A stretch of 50,551 nt of DNA, counting the filler, from Catajapyx aquilonaris (lineage: Eukaryota): the NCBI GenBank assembly GCA_000934665.2. It is 2 parts of 2 records of this genome, joined end to end, with 100 filler letters (N's around TTAATTAATTAA, not from the genome) between each part and the next. Parts side by side here need not be neighbours in the genome. Positions count along the whole stretch, not along the records: positions 25,350 to 50,551 come from JYFJ02005413.1; 1 more part is not named here. The stretch is one strand, 5' to 3'. The notes beneath the pieces were generated by a model that was not told where the DNA came from, ran no database searches, and saw nothing but the letters and a program-made list of their open reading frames with translations. Below are positions 34,094-48,200 of the stretch, piece after piece; the first letter of the stretch is position 1; each line of letters begins with the position of its first letter. The position numbers were made by a program, and so were the translations under genes.

Positions 34094-36865
34094 TTACATA
34101 CCCCACTTCGGTATCGCATTGTGAAGATGAGAATTGATGTATAGATACTGAGATGTAGTACAGTGTGATAGTTACTTTTGATAGCAGGTTAATTTATGCT
34201 CTGGCAATGCATGGCAAAGATTTTCAAGAACCCAAAATACGAAGATGAAACTGCGTAGATTCTACATTTACTCACAGCTTCCGAGATTTTAACTCATGTT
34301 GATTTCCGTTTCAGCCAGCTTAGTGACAGTTGGATGCATATTTGGAAGCATCTTAGGAGGATATTTGGCCGACAAAATCGGACGACGACGAGCACTTATG
34401 ACAGCTGCAGTAGCCTTCATCATTGGATGGATGTCTATTGCCTTGGCTACTCGTTTTTACCACTTATACCTAGGGAGATTATTGACTGGTGTTTCTGCCG
34501 GGACATTTAGTACAGTGGTACAGGTAAGATGTTAAAATATTATATTGTGGCTTTTCAGGTCTACAAAGACATTCAAATAATATATATTAGATAGTAATGC
34601 CAAATACAACAATAATCCACGGAAGACATGCATGAATTCATTCAGATGATATCAGGTGACATCATGTGATATTCAGTCATGTATGAGGCAGATCGTCGAC
34701 CTAGAGCAAGTGACTCATCGTATTTGTAGGCCACACCACGCGCAGTAGTGTACATTTTCTTGAGTTAGCCGACAAAAAAAGTTCACCCTATACGTAGGAG
34801 TTTCCATGATGTGTAAAGCTAAAAACTAAACTACATAACAGTTTAAAAGACCCATTATTTCTTGTTACGGCTTGTGCAGTAAGTTGGAGAATGCACCGAA
34901 TGAGTCACTGATATAGATCATCTCGTCATAATTTCGTCACGCTCTAGCTTATTTGGTCCATACCGTCGGTCACTGGCCGAACCAGAACAATATATCGTCT
35001 CGCGCACTTCCTGTTTCTGCACCTTCTGGCAACACATCAAGCTTGGGGCTTACGATCCGGAGCTATCTAGCAGCATAGTAAAAGTAGTCCTTCAAGCCGG
35101 AACTAGGGCGAGGGCCCATATCTCGAGACCATTGTGCATGCAAGGCAAAACAGAGCTAGCTGAAACCAGTGTTATGATTTTGGTTTGGGGTCAATATAAA
35201 TAAATTGGCCTTCTCACTTTTTGATCCATGATGTGTGTGAGAATCAAAACCATATTATTTTATTTGTGAGAATCACTGAAATGCAGAAAACCTCCCAATA
35301 CAGATTTATAACACACTTAGGGTATTTCCAAGGATAGTACAGAACAGTGATGTTGCATCATTAGGGGCTCCCACGGGCTCTATGGCAAATAAGTGACGTC
35401 TTTTTTGTAGCACTGTAACGTACTGTAGAGTACGTGAAGATTTTGAGTCACCATGGTATTAGCCTTAGAGCGCATAATCTCCACTGGAATTCCAGTGAAC
35501 TCGCTAGAGTCCCCCATGATGGAACGCCATCTTTTTATCAAATCTGGGATTATATCAAAAATTCTGAGTAATTTGCTTACACTCTACATTTTATGGTTTC
35601 AATAAGCGATTGGCATCTTTACAGCCTGTGTCTCACTGTGAATTATTCCACATGCCGTTTGGCAATATTATTTTACAATATCATCATGCTTATTGCTTAG
35701 TTGAGGTTGTGGCTCATTCTGGTTTGCTGATGGAATGCAATGACGAAACTGTTTTTTTTTTTTTTTNTTTTTTTTCCATTTTTTCTGGCAGGTGTACATA
35801 TGCGAGATTGCTGAACCGTCTGTTCGTGGCACAGCTGGCTCCATACCAACCCTAATGGTGACTGTGGGTATAGTCCTGGTATATAGCCTGGGTTCCGCAT
35901 TCGACTACCATACAGTTTCCATCGCTTGCTGCTTCATCCCCGTGGTAGTCTTCATCTACATGGCGTTTGTGCCGGAAACTCCAATATGGCTGGTGCTTAA
36001 TCAGAGGATACCAGAAGCTCTAGAGGTGTTGGCCTGGCTGAGGAACCGCTCCTTACTGCACGTGTCCACCGAGCTACGTCGGATGCAAGAGCACGAGTTC
36101 CGTCGACGAGAGAGCCGCGTGTCGCTGCGGGCCTTCATTGTCCATCTCTTCGACGGATCTGTCCTGAAGCCCTTCCTCATTTGCCTGATCCTCTTCTTCT
36201 TCCAGCAGTTCTCGGGGATATACAGCATCACTTTCTACATGGTAAGCATCTTCAAGGCTGCTGGCGACAGCATCAATGAATACCTGGCCACTGTTATTGT
36301 TGGCTTCGTACGAGTGATGGCTACTCTGGTAGCTTCGCTCCTCATCAACTTCTTTGGGAGGCGACCTCTCCTGATGGTGTCGGCAGTGATGATGGCCGCG
36401 TCCAACACTGTGTTCGGCTCATTCTTCTTCGTCAAAGACTACCTTGGAATCGACCCTGTGGAGGGAGGCTTGGGTTGGTTGCCACTCGTGTGCCTCATCT
36501 GCTTTATGATCGGATATTCCGTTGGATTCGGACCCGTTCCTTGGTTTCTCATGCCGGAACTGTTGCCTTCAGACGTCAGGAGCATTGCCTGCGGGATTTG
36601 CATATGCGTCACCCAGATCTATCTCTTCTTGGTTGTCAAGGTCTTTTACCAGATGATGAGCACAATGCAAACCTACGGCACATTTTGGTTCTACGCATTC
36701 TGCTGCTGCCTTGGGGTTATATTCGTCGACATGTGTGTGCCTGAGACGCGGAACAAAAACCTGGAAGAGATCGAAGACATGTTCAAGCCTGCCAGTGAGC
36801 CCTACGTCGATGAAGATACAGAGAAACCGGCCTGCAGCCATGAGAGATTAGATGCTGGGATCTAG
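31254..36865 (+). CDS. Tret1-like: Facilitated trehalose/sugar transporter Tret1-like (MFS sugar porter, GLUT6/8-like), ~516 aa
   Basis: Exons 31254-31385, 31449-31584, 34315-34523, 35792-36865, GT-AG and phase-consistent. Sugar-porter motifs ADKIGRRRAL, LYLGRLLTG, YICEIAEPSVRG, PETP, QQFSGI, FGRRPLL, GFGPVPW, PETRNK. The start codon could instead be 31326. Confidence 0.92.
32493..32572. repeat. Perfect 37-bp inverted repeat with 6-nt loop (intronic)
   Basis: ctatgtatagcgaaccctgcacagagatgaaacttat-gtgtaa-ataagtttcatctctgtgcagggttcgctatacatag. Confidence 0.95.
33179..33475 (+). mobile_element. tRNA-derived SINE with 11-bp TSD (intronic)
   Basis: Head gtggactgttggttagc...gggttcaaacccgg; body ttcggagaggaagtaaagcc and gtgcacgttaaagatcccc resembles arthropod SINE cores. 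Direct repeat agtgtattgac at 33168-33178 and 33476-33486. Confidence 0.85.
33901..33959. repeat. 25-bp perfect inverted repeat with 3-nt loop (intronic)
   Basis: gtggacttttaaaactcttcgttta-tgc-taaacgaagagttttaaaagtccac. Confidence 0.9.
34023..34092. repeat. (TTA)n microsatellite
   Basis: Visible run. Confidence 0.95.
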
Positions 36866-38177
36866 ACTTTATCCCTACATGCTCGACGTGACTGTGTGAA
36901 GCAATGTTTCAAGTAATCGGATTTCAAGTGGTGCAGATGAGTGAGGGTTGTGTTAGATTGTGTTAACCCCAACTCTCCCCTCCTCGTCTCACAATTTTGA
37001 AGTGCAACATTACTTGTACCGTATATAGGTAATGAGTCATTTTAATCTCCCTCTCAGATAATATGTACTGCTGTAGGCCTATATTTATTTTATTAATACG
37101 CGTATCTTGAAGCAATTTCTGCGCCAGACGTTTAGTTGTCTCTCCTGTGGAATTACCCAGAAGCGCAGAATTCAGGGTTCCGTGTAAATATGTATCGAAG
37201 ACAACATTGAGTCGTCGGTTGTTCGGCACAGTTTATAATAATGTAATTTTTTCTGAGTGTGATAATAAAGGCAGAAGGAATCATCACGATGATGAAGGAA
37301 GAATGTATGTAACAGTCCTGTAACAAAAAAGTAGGTGTGTTGAGTTGTGAAGTAAAACGAAAACATTGAGAGTAAATATGACTGTGCGTATGTAGTTTAA
37401 TAAAAATAATATTCTTACACAGTGTGAATATACGAGGAGCTCCCAAGCAAAAGCAGCTAACTCCAATAGAGGGAAAAAATGAGTTTGAAGTGGCATTGGA
37501 TTCTCCATGTTGTCCTCTACCAAGTATCCAAATATGGTGCAGCACAGCCATATAGAAATGAGTGTAAAATGGCCCCAAATATGCGTGTCCTAAGCAAAAC
37601 CAGCAAACTCTAAGCCATGAAATACGTTTGTATCAAGCAAAAGCAGCTAACTCCAAGTTTGTGTGCATAACAAGCCAGCTGTATGATAGGAATATAACAA
37701 GTTTGTTTCCTTCCCATTGACTTACCCCTGACTCACAATATCACAGTGAAATTGAAACGAAGAGACCTTGGTGATATTAATGAGATATTTCTTATTACCT
37801 GAGGCGATTCTTGCTTTATGCTTACGTTGTCACGGAAACCCAACACTGTTCCAATCGAATTAGGCTCGGAAAAAAATAGAACAATTATACCAGAATGACT
37901 TGATATTATTTCTGTCCATCCAATGTTATAATTTATGGAAATATGTAGATAGAGAATAGATAGAGACTTGAGCCACAACCAGGATCATCAGCTGAGTTAA
38001 TCATTTAATATATTAATACATTAATCCATCGTTGGAGTCATTCTCATGCAAGTTCAGGTCACCGATTTCCTCCTTTCTGTTTCATCAACCTGCAATATTC
38101 AATAGAACTATTAGTGAATCTGCTCCAGCACTTGTTTTCATCATTCCTATTCACATCACTTACAGCAAACTGCTTCC

Positions 38178-41100
38178 TCACTGTGACTCTTTTGCCTCGA
38201 GCACAATTGTAATGTGAACCTCTCTCGGAACCTCTAATGGAATCTCCTCAACTTTGACAGATTCAGTGTTCTCCAAGGCTGCAGAAGTGGAGGAAGCTGC
38301 TCCACCTGCAAATGAACACAGAAAAATGGATGATTCAGGTGGCACACAAAGTGGATCATTTAAGAGCATCCAGTTTGACAATTGCTCTGACAGTTTATTC
38401 CTGTTTGGTCCAAATGACACTACCCAACTTTTGGGTAAGGTTCATACATAATTATTATGAAACTTATTAGAAGGATAATTAACAACACAATTGGCACCTA
38501 TTAAAGCATGGTTACATTTCCAGTAGGCCTACACACCTTTTAACATGCAGGTGAGACATTAAAGAATGTGTCATACCTGCTGAATGCCCAACTTCTGAAT
38601 CATCATTGCCGACAAGAGCAGCAATTTCACTGATGTTTTTGGCCGTTTCTGCATCCAAGCCTCTGTTCCATCTCCCCTAAAAAAAATAACAACACATTTT
38701 ATTCAATTGACTAACAAAGTCTGAACAAAGTTATATAGGCACTACTTGGAGTCCAGCAGCACCTGATCCTGTCCTCACCTGCTCCAACTCCCAATCCTCT
38801 CCCTCCACTTCTTCTGCTTCAATGTCATAGGCAGGCATTGACTCACTGCAAGCATTGTCAGCAACCTCGGTGAGAAGCAACTGGCCTGAAGCAACTTCTG
38901 AAATGCAAGGCACAATAATTTGCAATGCACACCCTTGTTCATGCTTCATGTGTACCTTCCCTTCCACCCTTCTCCTCCTCCATCCAACCCTCCATCCTTT
39001 CTATGGCCTTCTGACAGCAGTTCATCATGGAGACCAACATTTCCAGAAGTCTCCTGTTGCCAAGGCACACTTTCATCAGAGACTCGAGGGTGACTACAGA
39101 AGACATGGCTTCAAACCCAGAGTCCTCAGTCCGGTTCTGATGTTCGAATGTTGGTTCAGGTGGTGATGCTAAACCAGAAGTGAGATGGAAAATGCAAAAT
39201 GGGGATACAAACGACTGAAACGAGGTGGAAATGTGAGGAAACCTTAGCCCAAACCAGCCCCCAGTCACACCCTATACCAAAATGCATTGCTACCGTACCC
39301 CCATGAGCTTAGCTGATCTCCTCCACCGAGGGGGGTTTGCCACTGATGGCGCTAGAGTCAAGTGCCGAGATGGCGGCGCCTTACCTATAGCGGCGCCTTA
39401 CCTATAGCGGCCAACTCTGAACCATTTTGGTCGACTCTCACTGGCTGATGCTTTTACGACCACAGCCAATTGGAGTCGACCAAAATGATTCAGAGGTGGC
39501 TAGGTAAGGCGCCACCATCTCGGCACTTGACTCTAGCTCCGACCATGGCTAATCCCCCTCGGTGGGGGAGATCAAGGAAGCTCACGCGAAAAAAGGGAGA
39601 GTGACTGGGGGCTGGAGCAAACAGTGGGCTTAATGGTTTCACCAACTTTCACTCAGTTGCCTCCTTGGATTCGATTACAGAGTACCTGTTCTGTTCATAC
39701 AGCTGCCTGAAAAACAGTCCTGAGGGTGCCTACTGACCATTATTTTCATGTCAGTGTTGGAAACAAGAAGATATGAAATTATGTGAATTTGTGAATGTTC
39801 ATTAATAACTACGTAAGTGCGTGACATATTATGAACATTTGGCAGTGAAATTTGTTTGAAACAAATTTTATATTGACATTTTCGTATGAATGTGCCAATC
39901 AGTTGCTCTTAACATGCAGGTGAGACATTAAAGAATGTGCCATATACCTGCTGAATGCCCAACTTCTGAATCTTCATTGCCGACAAGGGCAGCAATTTCA
40001 CTGATGTTTTTGGCCGTTTCTGCATCCAAGTCTCTGTTCCATCTCCCCTAAAAAAATAACAACACATTTTATTCAATTGACTAACAAAGTTATATAGGCA
40101 CTACTTGGAGTCCAGCAGCACCTGATCCTGTCCTCACCTGCTCCAACTCCCAATCCTCTCCCTCCACTTCTTCTGCTTCAATGTCATAGGCAGGCTTGCA
40201 GTGAGTCACACTGCAAGCATTGTCAACAACCTCGGTGGGAAGCAACTGGCCTGAAGCAACTTCTGAAATGCAAGGCACAATAATTTGCAATGAACACCCT
40301 TGTTCATTCTTGATGCGTACTGTACCTTCCCTTGCACCCTTCTCCTCCTCCATCCAACCCTTCATCCTTCCTATGCCCTTCTGACACCAGTTAATTCTGG
40401 AGATCAACCATTCCAGAAGCCTCTTGTTGCAAATAGACACTTTCATCAGAGTCTCGAGGGTGACTACAGAAGACATGGCTTCAAACCTAGAGTCCTCAGT
40501 CCGGTTCTGACCTTCGAATGATGGTTCAGGTGATGCTACACCAGAAGTGAGACGGGACATGCAAAAAGGGGATACAAACGAGGTGGAAATGTGAGGAAAC
40601 CTTATTAGAACAAACAGCTAGTGTGCTTAATGGATTCGATTATGACTTTTATAAAGGACGTGTTCATACCGCTGCCTGAAAAACATGCCTGAGGGTGCGT
40701 TCTGACCATTATTTTCATGTCAGTGTTGGAAACAAAAAGACATGAAATTATGTGCCTTTGTGAATGTTCATTAATTACTAAGTGCGTGACATATAAACAT
40801 TTGGACCAGAAATTTTTGATTGAAAATTTTTTATATTGACATTTTCGTATGAATGTGCCAATTAGTTGTGTTTGCGGAAGGAGTAGGGAATAGAGGCACC
40901 ACAGAAGGCAGGAGGGTAGTAGTGGTCGGGGGCACAATCGGCACATATTAAAGCATAGTTTTATTTTCAGTAGGCCTACGCACCATTTAACATGCAGGTG
41001 AGACATTAAAGTATGTGTCATACCTGCTGAATGCCCAACTTCTGAATCATCATTGCCGACAAGGGCAGCAATTTCACTTATGTTTTTGGCCGTCTCTGCA

Positions 41101-43125
41101 TCCAAGTCTCTGTTCCATCTCCCCTAAAAAAATAACAACACATTTTATTCAATTGACTAACAAAGTTATATAGGCACTACTTGGAGTCCAGCAGCACCTG
41201 ATCCTGTCCTCACCTGCTCCAACTCCCAATCCTCTCCCTCCACTTCTTCTGCTTCAATGTCATAGGCAGGCATAGGAAGCAACTGATGGCCTGAAGCAAC
41301 TTCTGAAATGCAAGGCACAATAATTTGCAATGCACACCCTTGTTCCATGCTTCATGCGTACCTTCCCTTCCACCCATCTCCTTCATCCAACCCTCCATCC
41401 TTCCTATGGCCTCCTGACCCCAGTCCATCGTGGCGACCGAAAGTTTCAGAAGCCACTTGCTCTCAAGAGCCACTTCCATCAGAGACTTAAGGGTGACGAC
41501 AGGAGACATGGCTTCAGACATGGTAAAGAGAGTCCGGTTATGATTTTGGAACGATGGTTCAGGTGATGCTAAACCAGAAGTGAGATGGAAAGAAGGGAAA
41601 TGCAAAAAGCGGATACAAACTATATACCTGTTATTATTTGTAAAATATTTTGTCCCTATCTTCATAATACGTGTGACAGAAAATCTAGGCCATGGTGGTG
41701 TAGCTAGTAGCAAAGGGATTTAAAAAAAGAACTGAAATAAAGAGCAAAAACATTCCCTTCAGTGAAAAATAGAGTAAGAAGGCTGAATGAAAGTACTGAA
41801 ACAAGGCAGGCGCACGTAAGACCTTCACCAATTGATTTAAGCTGTACCATAGGTCTTACTCAAGCAATTCTGAAGTACTGTGTGGAAGGGCTCGTAAAAA
41901 TTACTGCTGCAAACTATACTCAGAGCAGTGGGAAGGGTTTCATTTTGAAAAGGAAAAAAAGGGGGAAAAAACTGAACCCATCCTCACAGACTTGAAAATT
42001 TTCCCTCCAGAAAATGCAGAATCCAATCGAAAAACACCCCCGAAAAAAATCACCTATATATTTACGTCTACATGTGAAAAATTACACATTACAGTTAAAT
42101 CAGTATCAGAAAGAGGTGACAATTTTGCATATAAATTGTTCGTGGTCATAAATTTATTCGTACCAATAATGTTATAGAAATCCAATATGCTTAATATTGA
42201 AGTTATTAATTTTAGAAAACACTTATATGGAGTGGCATTGAAAATTAATGGATGGAAATTTCATCGGACTATTAGTTACTACTAACATAGCACTATTATT
42301 GCACTACACTGGTGCTGCTAAGTTAGAAGTAGAATATAGAATCTAGAATCTAGAATATGTTTATTTTCCCTCTCGCCCTTGGGCATCTCAGGGAAGACCT
42401 ATTTTCCGTTCCGCGTAGAAATAAAAACCGATTGCACCTTCGGAATCAGGATTTTTTTGCCCGATTTTTAGAGCCCAACTTGTATCTTGAGTGGAGTGTC
42501 CCTTTAATAGGCAGGTGAGACATTAAAGAATGAGTCATACCTGCTGAATGCCCAACTTCTGAATCAAAATTGCCTACAAGGGCAGCGATTTCACTGATGT
42601 TTTTGGCTGTCTCTGCATCCAAGTCTCTGTTCCATCTCCCCTAAAAAATAACAACACATTTTATTCAATTGACTAACAAAGTTATATCGGCACTACTTCG
42701 AGTCTAGCAGCACCTGATCCTGTCCTCACCTGCTCCAACTGCCAATCCTTTCCCTCCATCACTTCTAATTCTGCTTCAAAGTCATTAATAGTATTCATTG
42801 ACTCGCTGCAAGCATTGTCAACAAACTCGGTGGGAATCAACTGGCCTGAAGCAACCTCTGAAATGCAAGGCACAATAATTTGCAATGCACACCTTGTTCA
42901 TATATGCTTCATGCGTACCTTCCCTTCCACCCTTCTCCTTCATCCAACCCTCCATCCTTCCTATGGCCTCCTGACCCCAGCCCATCGTGGCGACCGAAAG
43001 TTTCAGAAGCCACTTGCTGTCAAGACCCACTTCCATCAGAGACTTAAGGGTGACGACAGGAGACATGGCTTCAGACATGATAAAGAGAGTCCTGTTCTGA
43101 TGTTTGTATGATGGTTCAGGTGGTG
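38178..43125 (-). CDS. Uncharacterised acidic protein built from four tandem 3-exon modules (~600 aa; 5' and 3' ends uncertain)
   Basis: Module exons A/B/C: 43125-42919/42857-42730/42640-42541; 41568-41362/41302-41214/41123-41024; 40535-40326/40262-40138/40047-39948; 39168-38956/38897-38779/38676-38577; then candidate last exon 38305-38178. All GT-AG, phases 1-1/1-0/0-1, no stop codons. Confidence 0.7.
39254..39615. mobile_element. ~360-bp palindromic MITE inserted in a module intron
   Basis: TIR ccagcccccagtcac / gtgactgggggctgg with long internal inverted arms (ctagagtcaagtgccgagatgg / ccatctcggcacttgactctag). Absent at the homologous position near 40600. Confidence 0.85.
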
Positions 43126-45250
43126 CTAAACCAGAAGTGAGACGGAAAAATGGGAAAATGATGCAAAAAGCGGATACAAACTATAGGTGGAAATGTGAGG
43201 AAACCTTTGAATAACAAACAGTAGTCTTAAATCCAACCTTTTACCCACTGCGACTCCCTAAACAGGTTTCCATAAATATATATGCGACCCCCCCCCCCCA
43301 CCTTCCCTCCCCCGGCCCCTTCTACAACTGCCCCATTTCCAGGAAACATATACTCGTCTGTACGGCCGCAAAAATGGTTCAATTGACACAGAAATTGCAC
43401 ACACAAAAAAACTGAACTAAGGCTCGCGACCTTCGACCATGTATCCAGACCCAGCAACAAAAAGAACGAGAAGAAAGATTCAAGAATATTCTACCAGGGC
43501 TAATCAATCCTCGAAGGTGGCGGGCACTGATTGACTCAGCCCCCCGCAACTATAGCTCGATCGCCTCTTTTCCCCTGCGCTTAGCTGGTCCGCTATCCCC
43601 GGATGTAGAGTCCGGGCCCAATCGCCATGTGGCGCGCCAAACGTCGGCCATCTTGCGTGATGATCGGCGCCATCTTGCCTATACTCTAGCCTCGCACGGC
43701 TCGCTCGCACGGGGTCCACATCCCCTCCCTTTTTGGCGCCAAAACTTGCTGTGACGTCACACTTGCCGTATAACCTCCCGATAATCCCTACTCTCGCAAT
43801 CATCCACCCCCAAGCCCAAGTCCCGCCTTGGCCCCGAGGCATGCTTCGGGCACCATTGAACCTGCCTGCCACACCAACACCGGCTAGTCGGCTACACCGG
43901 GCGACACAATAATCCCGCCAGTATCATGGCTGCACTGCTGGAGGGGAAAAAACGGTCACATACTTACAGGGTCACCTCGCTGGTGGGTCACAGTTGGCCG
44001 AGCGTGCTTGACGTGCGTCAGATCCGCAAGACACTCCACCAAAAAAAATAATTTGGGGGAAGATCGAAGCTTCCAGAGTCCTGGAGACAAACGTCTGGCG
44101 CAGCCCCCTGACACAGCCCACCTACATGTATGATGACGGTAGGTTAACACCTGTGTCCTGGCCAGAAGGCGCTGGCGGCGGATGTCCCTCCAGCCGGCTT
44201 CGCACGGGTTTCGGATTCCTCGCACCCTTTCGTGGGATAGCCCCTCCCACTCCGACGTCATGGCAGTTAGCTCCTCCCCCTATGACGTCAGCCTTGTGAC
44301 GTCACAGCCTTGCACTGTAGCAGGTGAGTGATAGCCAAGGAACGCAGGCTCATCTTCGGGATGCATAAACTGTTTCCTGCAGCAGCCGGTGGCCAGACCC
44401 CAGTCACCATTGCCGCCATTTAGAGGCATACATCATGCAGGAGGCATGTGGCACCATGGGGAACTCAACCCATCAGGTGAGACCCAGAGTAATCCCAGTG
44501 CAGTGTATAAACCAGGAACTCACTGGTGAGAATAACTTGCTTCCTACAGCTGCCAGCGTCGGCCAGACTCCAGGCCATGAGCCCACTCCAGCTCCTCCAG
44601 GCAAAATATGTAATAGATTGTGCCCTTCAGATCGGGTGTAAGTTGAACATATTGAGAGAAAAACCTAGGCAATGGAAGTATAGCAGATACTCTGCCATCT
44701 AGTTCTCCTTGCCTATAGATTCTAGTTCTAGGTGGCTTGTGCCAAAGGGGTTAATGTGAGCCCAGGCCTTGATGATATAATTGTTGTAGCTTACATACGT
44801 GCCCCCTGCCCTTTCAACGGATAACCTCATATATAATCCAATGCAAATGCAAATGAAAGACAACTCAGTGTATATATTTCACCTTAACTCGTTTACAAAT
44901 AATCTCAGCAAAGCAAATGAAGTGTACTTCCAGCGAGGCGGAAAATATCAAAATTCTCCTTACTATACCTTAACCAAACCAAATTAGAGGGGTTTAAATT
45001 CTATTTTTTTTTTACAACTCTTGGCATACTTCAGTTACATAGAGTGCTGTTACACCCCCTCCCCGCCTCCCCAAAGTCCACTGGCCTTAACAGTTAACAC
45101 AGAGTATGAAGAAAAAAAATCAAAAACTTTTTCTGATGATTAAGGACATAGATCACTTTATACTCCTGATATCAGAACTCCACATGGCGGAACCAGACAC
45201 TGGGGAAGACTGCTCACTTCACTTTGCAAAGAATTTTTAATACAGGTTAG

Positions 45251-48200
45251 TTACTTTGCTGAGTGAGTCTTCCCCAGTGCCTGTCCCTTACTCACACAAA
45301 AGGCGAGGTCATGCGGGGCTTTCCTCTTTCTGGGAAAACACTGGGAGGTCACTCTTTGGGAGTACCCATGCTCGGCTGTGTAGCTGGATGCTGGTGGGCG
45401 CCCAGCTCCCACAGCTCTGCGACCTCCCAGGGTTCTCTGCCCCACCATCCTTCTCCTGCTGATTGCGGTTGGCTGCACATGTATGTACTTCGAATGCTTC
45501 TTGGCGTGCCCTCCACCTGAATAGCAACCAAAACTTGCTAATGCTGAGGCTTTGGCAGCTGTTGTTTTCAATGATTTGTACCGCTGCACAAATTTCCTCA
45601 CTGATGGAGATAGCTGATCATAATCCTTGGCAAGCGTGCACCGTAAGTCATTCACTATTTCATCATCTAAATCCTCTTGCAACTTATCATCTGTGGGCAG
45701 TATTTCTGGGACCCCATGAGTGGGTGACAGACAGTGTTCTTGACCTGCAGTCTGGGAAGAAGACGAGGTGGAAGGCATCATCTCCACATCACCACTCTGT
45801 GGTGCATTTTCCAAACTGTCATACCAGCCTGCTTGTACATCCTCATTGCCTACAGCTATGAAATGATAAACTAGCTTTTCCCTTGGGTGGGTGGGGAGAA
45901 ATTGCATCGAAAATATGTTTGCATGCTTATATACTGCATACTGGTGCTTACAAGCCCCTCCATTATATAGCCTATTGGGCAGCTACAACTCCAGGATTGC
46001 ACGTCTACAGAATACTCTGTACCAGCCTGCAAATTTTGTACTTTGTACATGTCTGTACCAGATATCTTCGATACTCTCAACCTGGTTGCCTTTTTCCCAA
46101 GTTCCATGAATCCTTGCTTGAGACGCTGGCCTGGTCTTCCATTAAGCATGCACAGCACCTTCCGTTGGTAGTACTTGTCCAGCTCATCCGTTAGGAAACT
46201 GAAGAGTTGCACTACATTGTTTGCCTTTGTCCGCAGCATGATCTTGTCCTTTAATATTCCTATAGCTGCTTCATCTAAATTGTTGGTGTTGTGCCCCCGG
46301 ATTGGGAGCTGCTGCCTGTGGCATATTGCCCACTCTTCCCGCCTGTTATATAAACCAGCAATATAGTCCACGAAGTTGGGGTACTTGGCAATCATGGGAT
46401 CATTGCAGCTGTCATGAAAGTTTTTTGATAACTCCTCCTCACTTTTGGCATACACCAGTTGTTTTACTGCAGCAAACACCATGGCCTTATCCTGGGCTGC
46501 AACTCCAGAATTGTTGTTAAAAATGAACCGCCAGGCAGCTTGCAGAATGTGGAATATGCAGAGGATCAAGGCTGCTGAGGGAAAGCAATTCCTGAGACTA
46601 TTCCTCTCAGCTCTTGAGTCATCAGTGATGAACACAGCTGGATCCTTACTGCCTCTACCAAAAAACCCTCGCTCCGGCAGCACACTCATGAGGAGCCGTA
46701 AAGCTTTGCTTATGATGATCTCGGACTCTGAACTAGTGATTAGCACAGCAAGTGGCAAGCCTCCCACGCTTGAATGGACCATCAGAAGAAAAACTCGGCA
46801 CTGAAATCTGTCCATGTTTCCCGACGAATCCACACCCACTAGCTCTCCTGATGTTGGTAATTTTTCATGAACCCGCCGCATGAGAGGTGAACATACAGCA
46901 ATGGCAAAGAAATCATTATCTGCTTTTATAGCTGCACAATTATTTCCACACCTCACATTATAATCAGCAATGCTTTCATGAAGCTTGGGCATTACACTTT
47001 CTCCTTTGCCATACTGCTGAGAATCCATCTTGGTATTTAGGTCATACACCCATTTTGGATCTGGGCAATAATACCTATCAGCTGCTGTGATGTAGTAGTC
47101 TGTGCCAAGCTCCTGTTGCAGATCCTTCTTATGTACATCCAGAGCCGATGAAGGTGTGTAGTTTTGTAGTAGGCTGTGGAATTTTGCCTGGACCTCAGGA
47201 CCTGGATCCGGTAGGCTAATGCCTGGCCTGACAGTATGAGGTGGTTGTGGGTGTGGTTGATTTAGGGCACTCCCCCCCCACAACTCTGCCAAATTTCAAA
47301 ACTACACCATTTATTTTTTCTATTTTCCCTTCGTTGCCTGGGCTAACCGTGCATGGGTGTTGCAAGAATTCTTGAAGGTTTTCCCTGGAATAGATAAAAG
47401 GGACCTGTAGTCATTCATAATCACTCATTGGTTGTTGTGATTGTGCTAAATGTTAGCAAAAGCCTGTGTATTAGATTAGAGGTTTTCATTGGCTCAGTGG
47501 CATGTGTCATGACATAATTCCCTAAAATTACAAGACCTCTCCTTCTACCATACCTAGTTGGTCATGTTATAAAAATTATGTGGCAAGTTGGATGTGTTGC
47601 ATGAGGGTTGGCTGATACTCTCACATAAATAGTGCCAATTCAAAGATCATGGCAGTCAGTTGAATCTTGGAACTTGACCGTGACGTAATAGTTTCGCTTA
47701 CCAACTCCTAGTCAACGAAAATCTGCCAAATGCACCAAACCTCCCACTTTTCAAGTCTTCATGGAGATGCCCTCATGCAACAATGGAACACTATCAGCTG
47801 CTGTGCACTCTGAGTGTTGTGTGAGGGCATTATATTTTCATGGGAATAGGAAAAGTGGGAGGTTCCAGAGGTATGTTCAGCAGATTTCCATTGACTTGGA
47901 GTTGGTAAGCGAAAGTATTATGCCACAGTCAAGTCCAGATGGGTCATCTTTATTGTGTGAGGGCATCTCCATGGAAACTTGAAAAGTGAGATATTGTTAA
48001 GAGGAGCCGTGAGAGGAGGCTCATTTTTGGAAGCTGAAACAAAAGGCATTAAAATTCCTCATAAAAATAAGTTACCCCAAGTATGCTAGTTTAACTCAGT
48101 GAACCTGCATTCCCCTGGGTTTCCATAGCAAACTCACAAACAGACCAACTCACAAACTTCCTGAAATATAGATATAGATCTCTGCATGCTGCATAAATCA

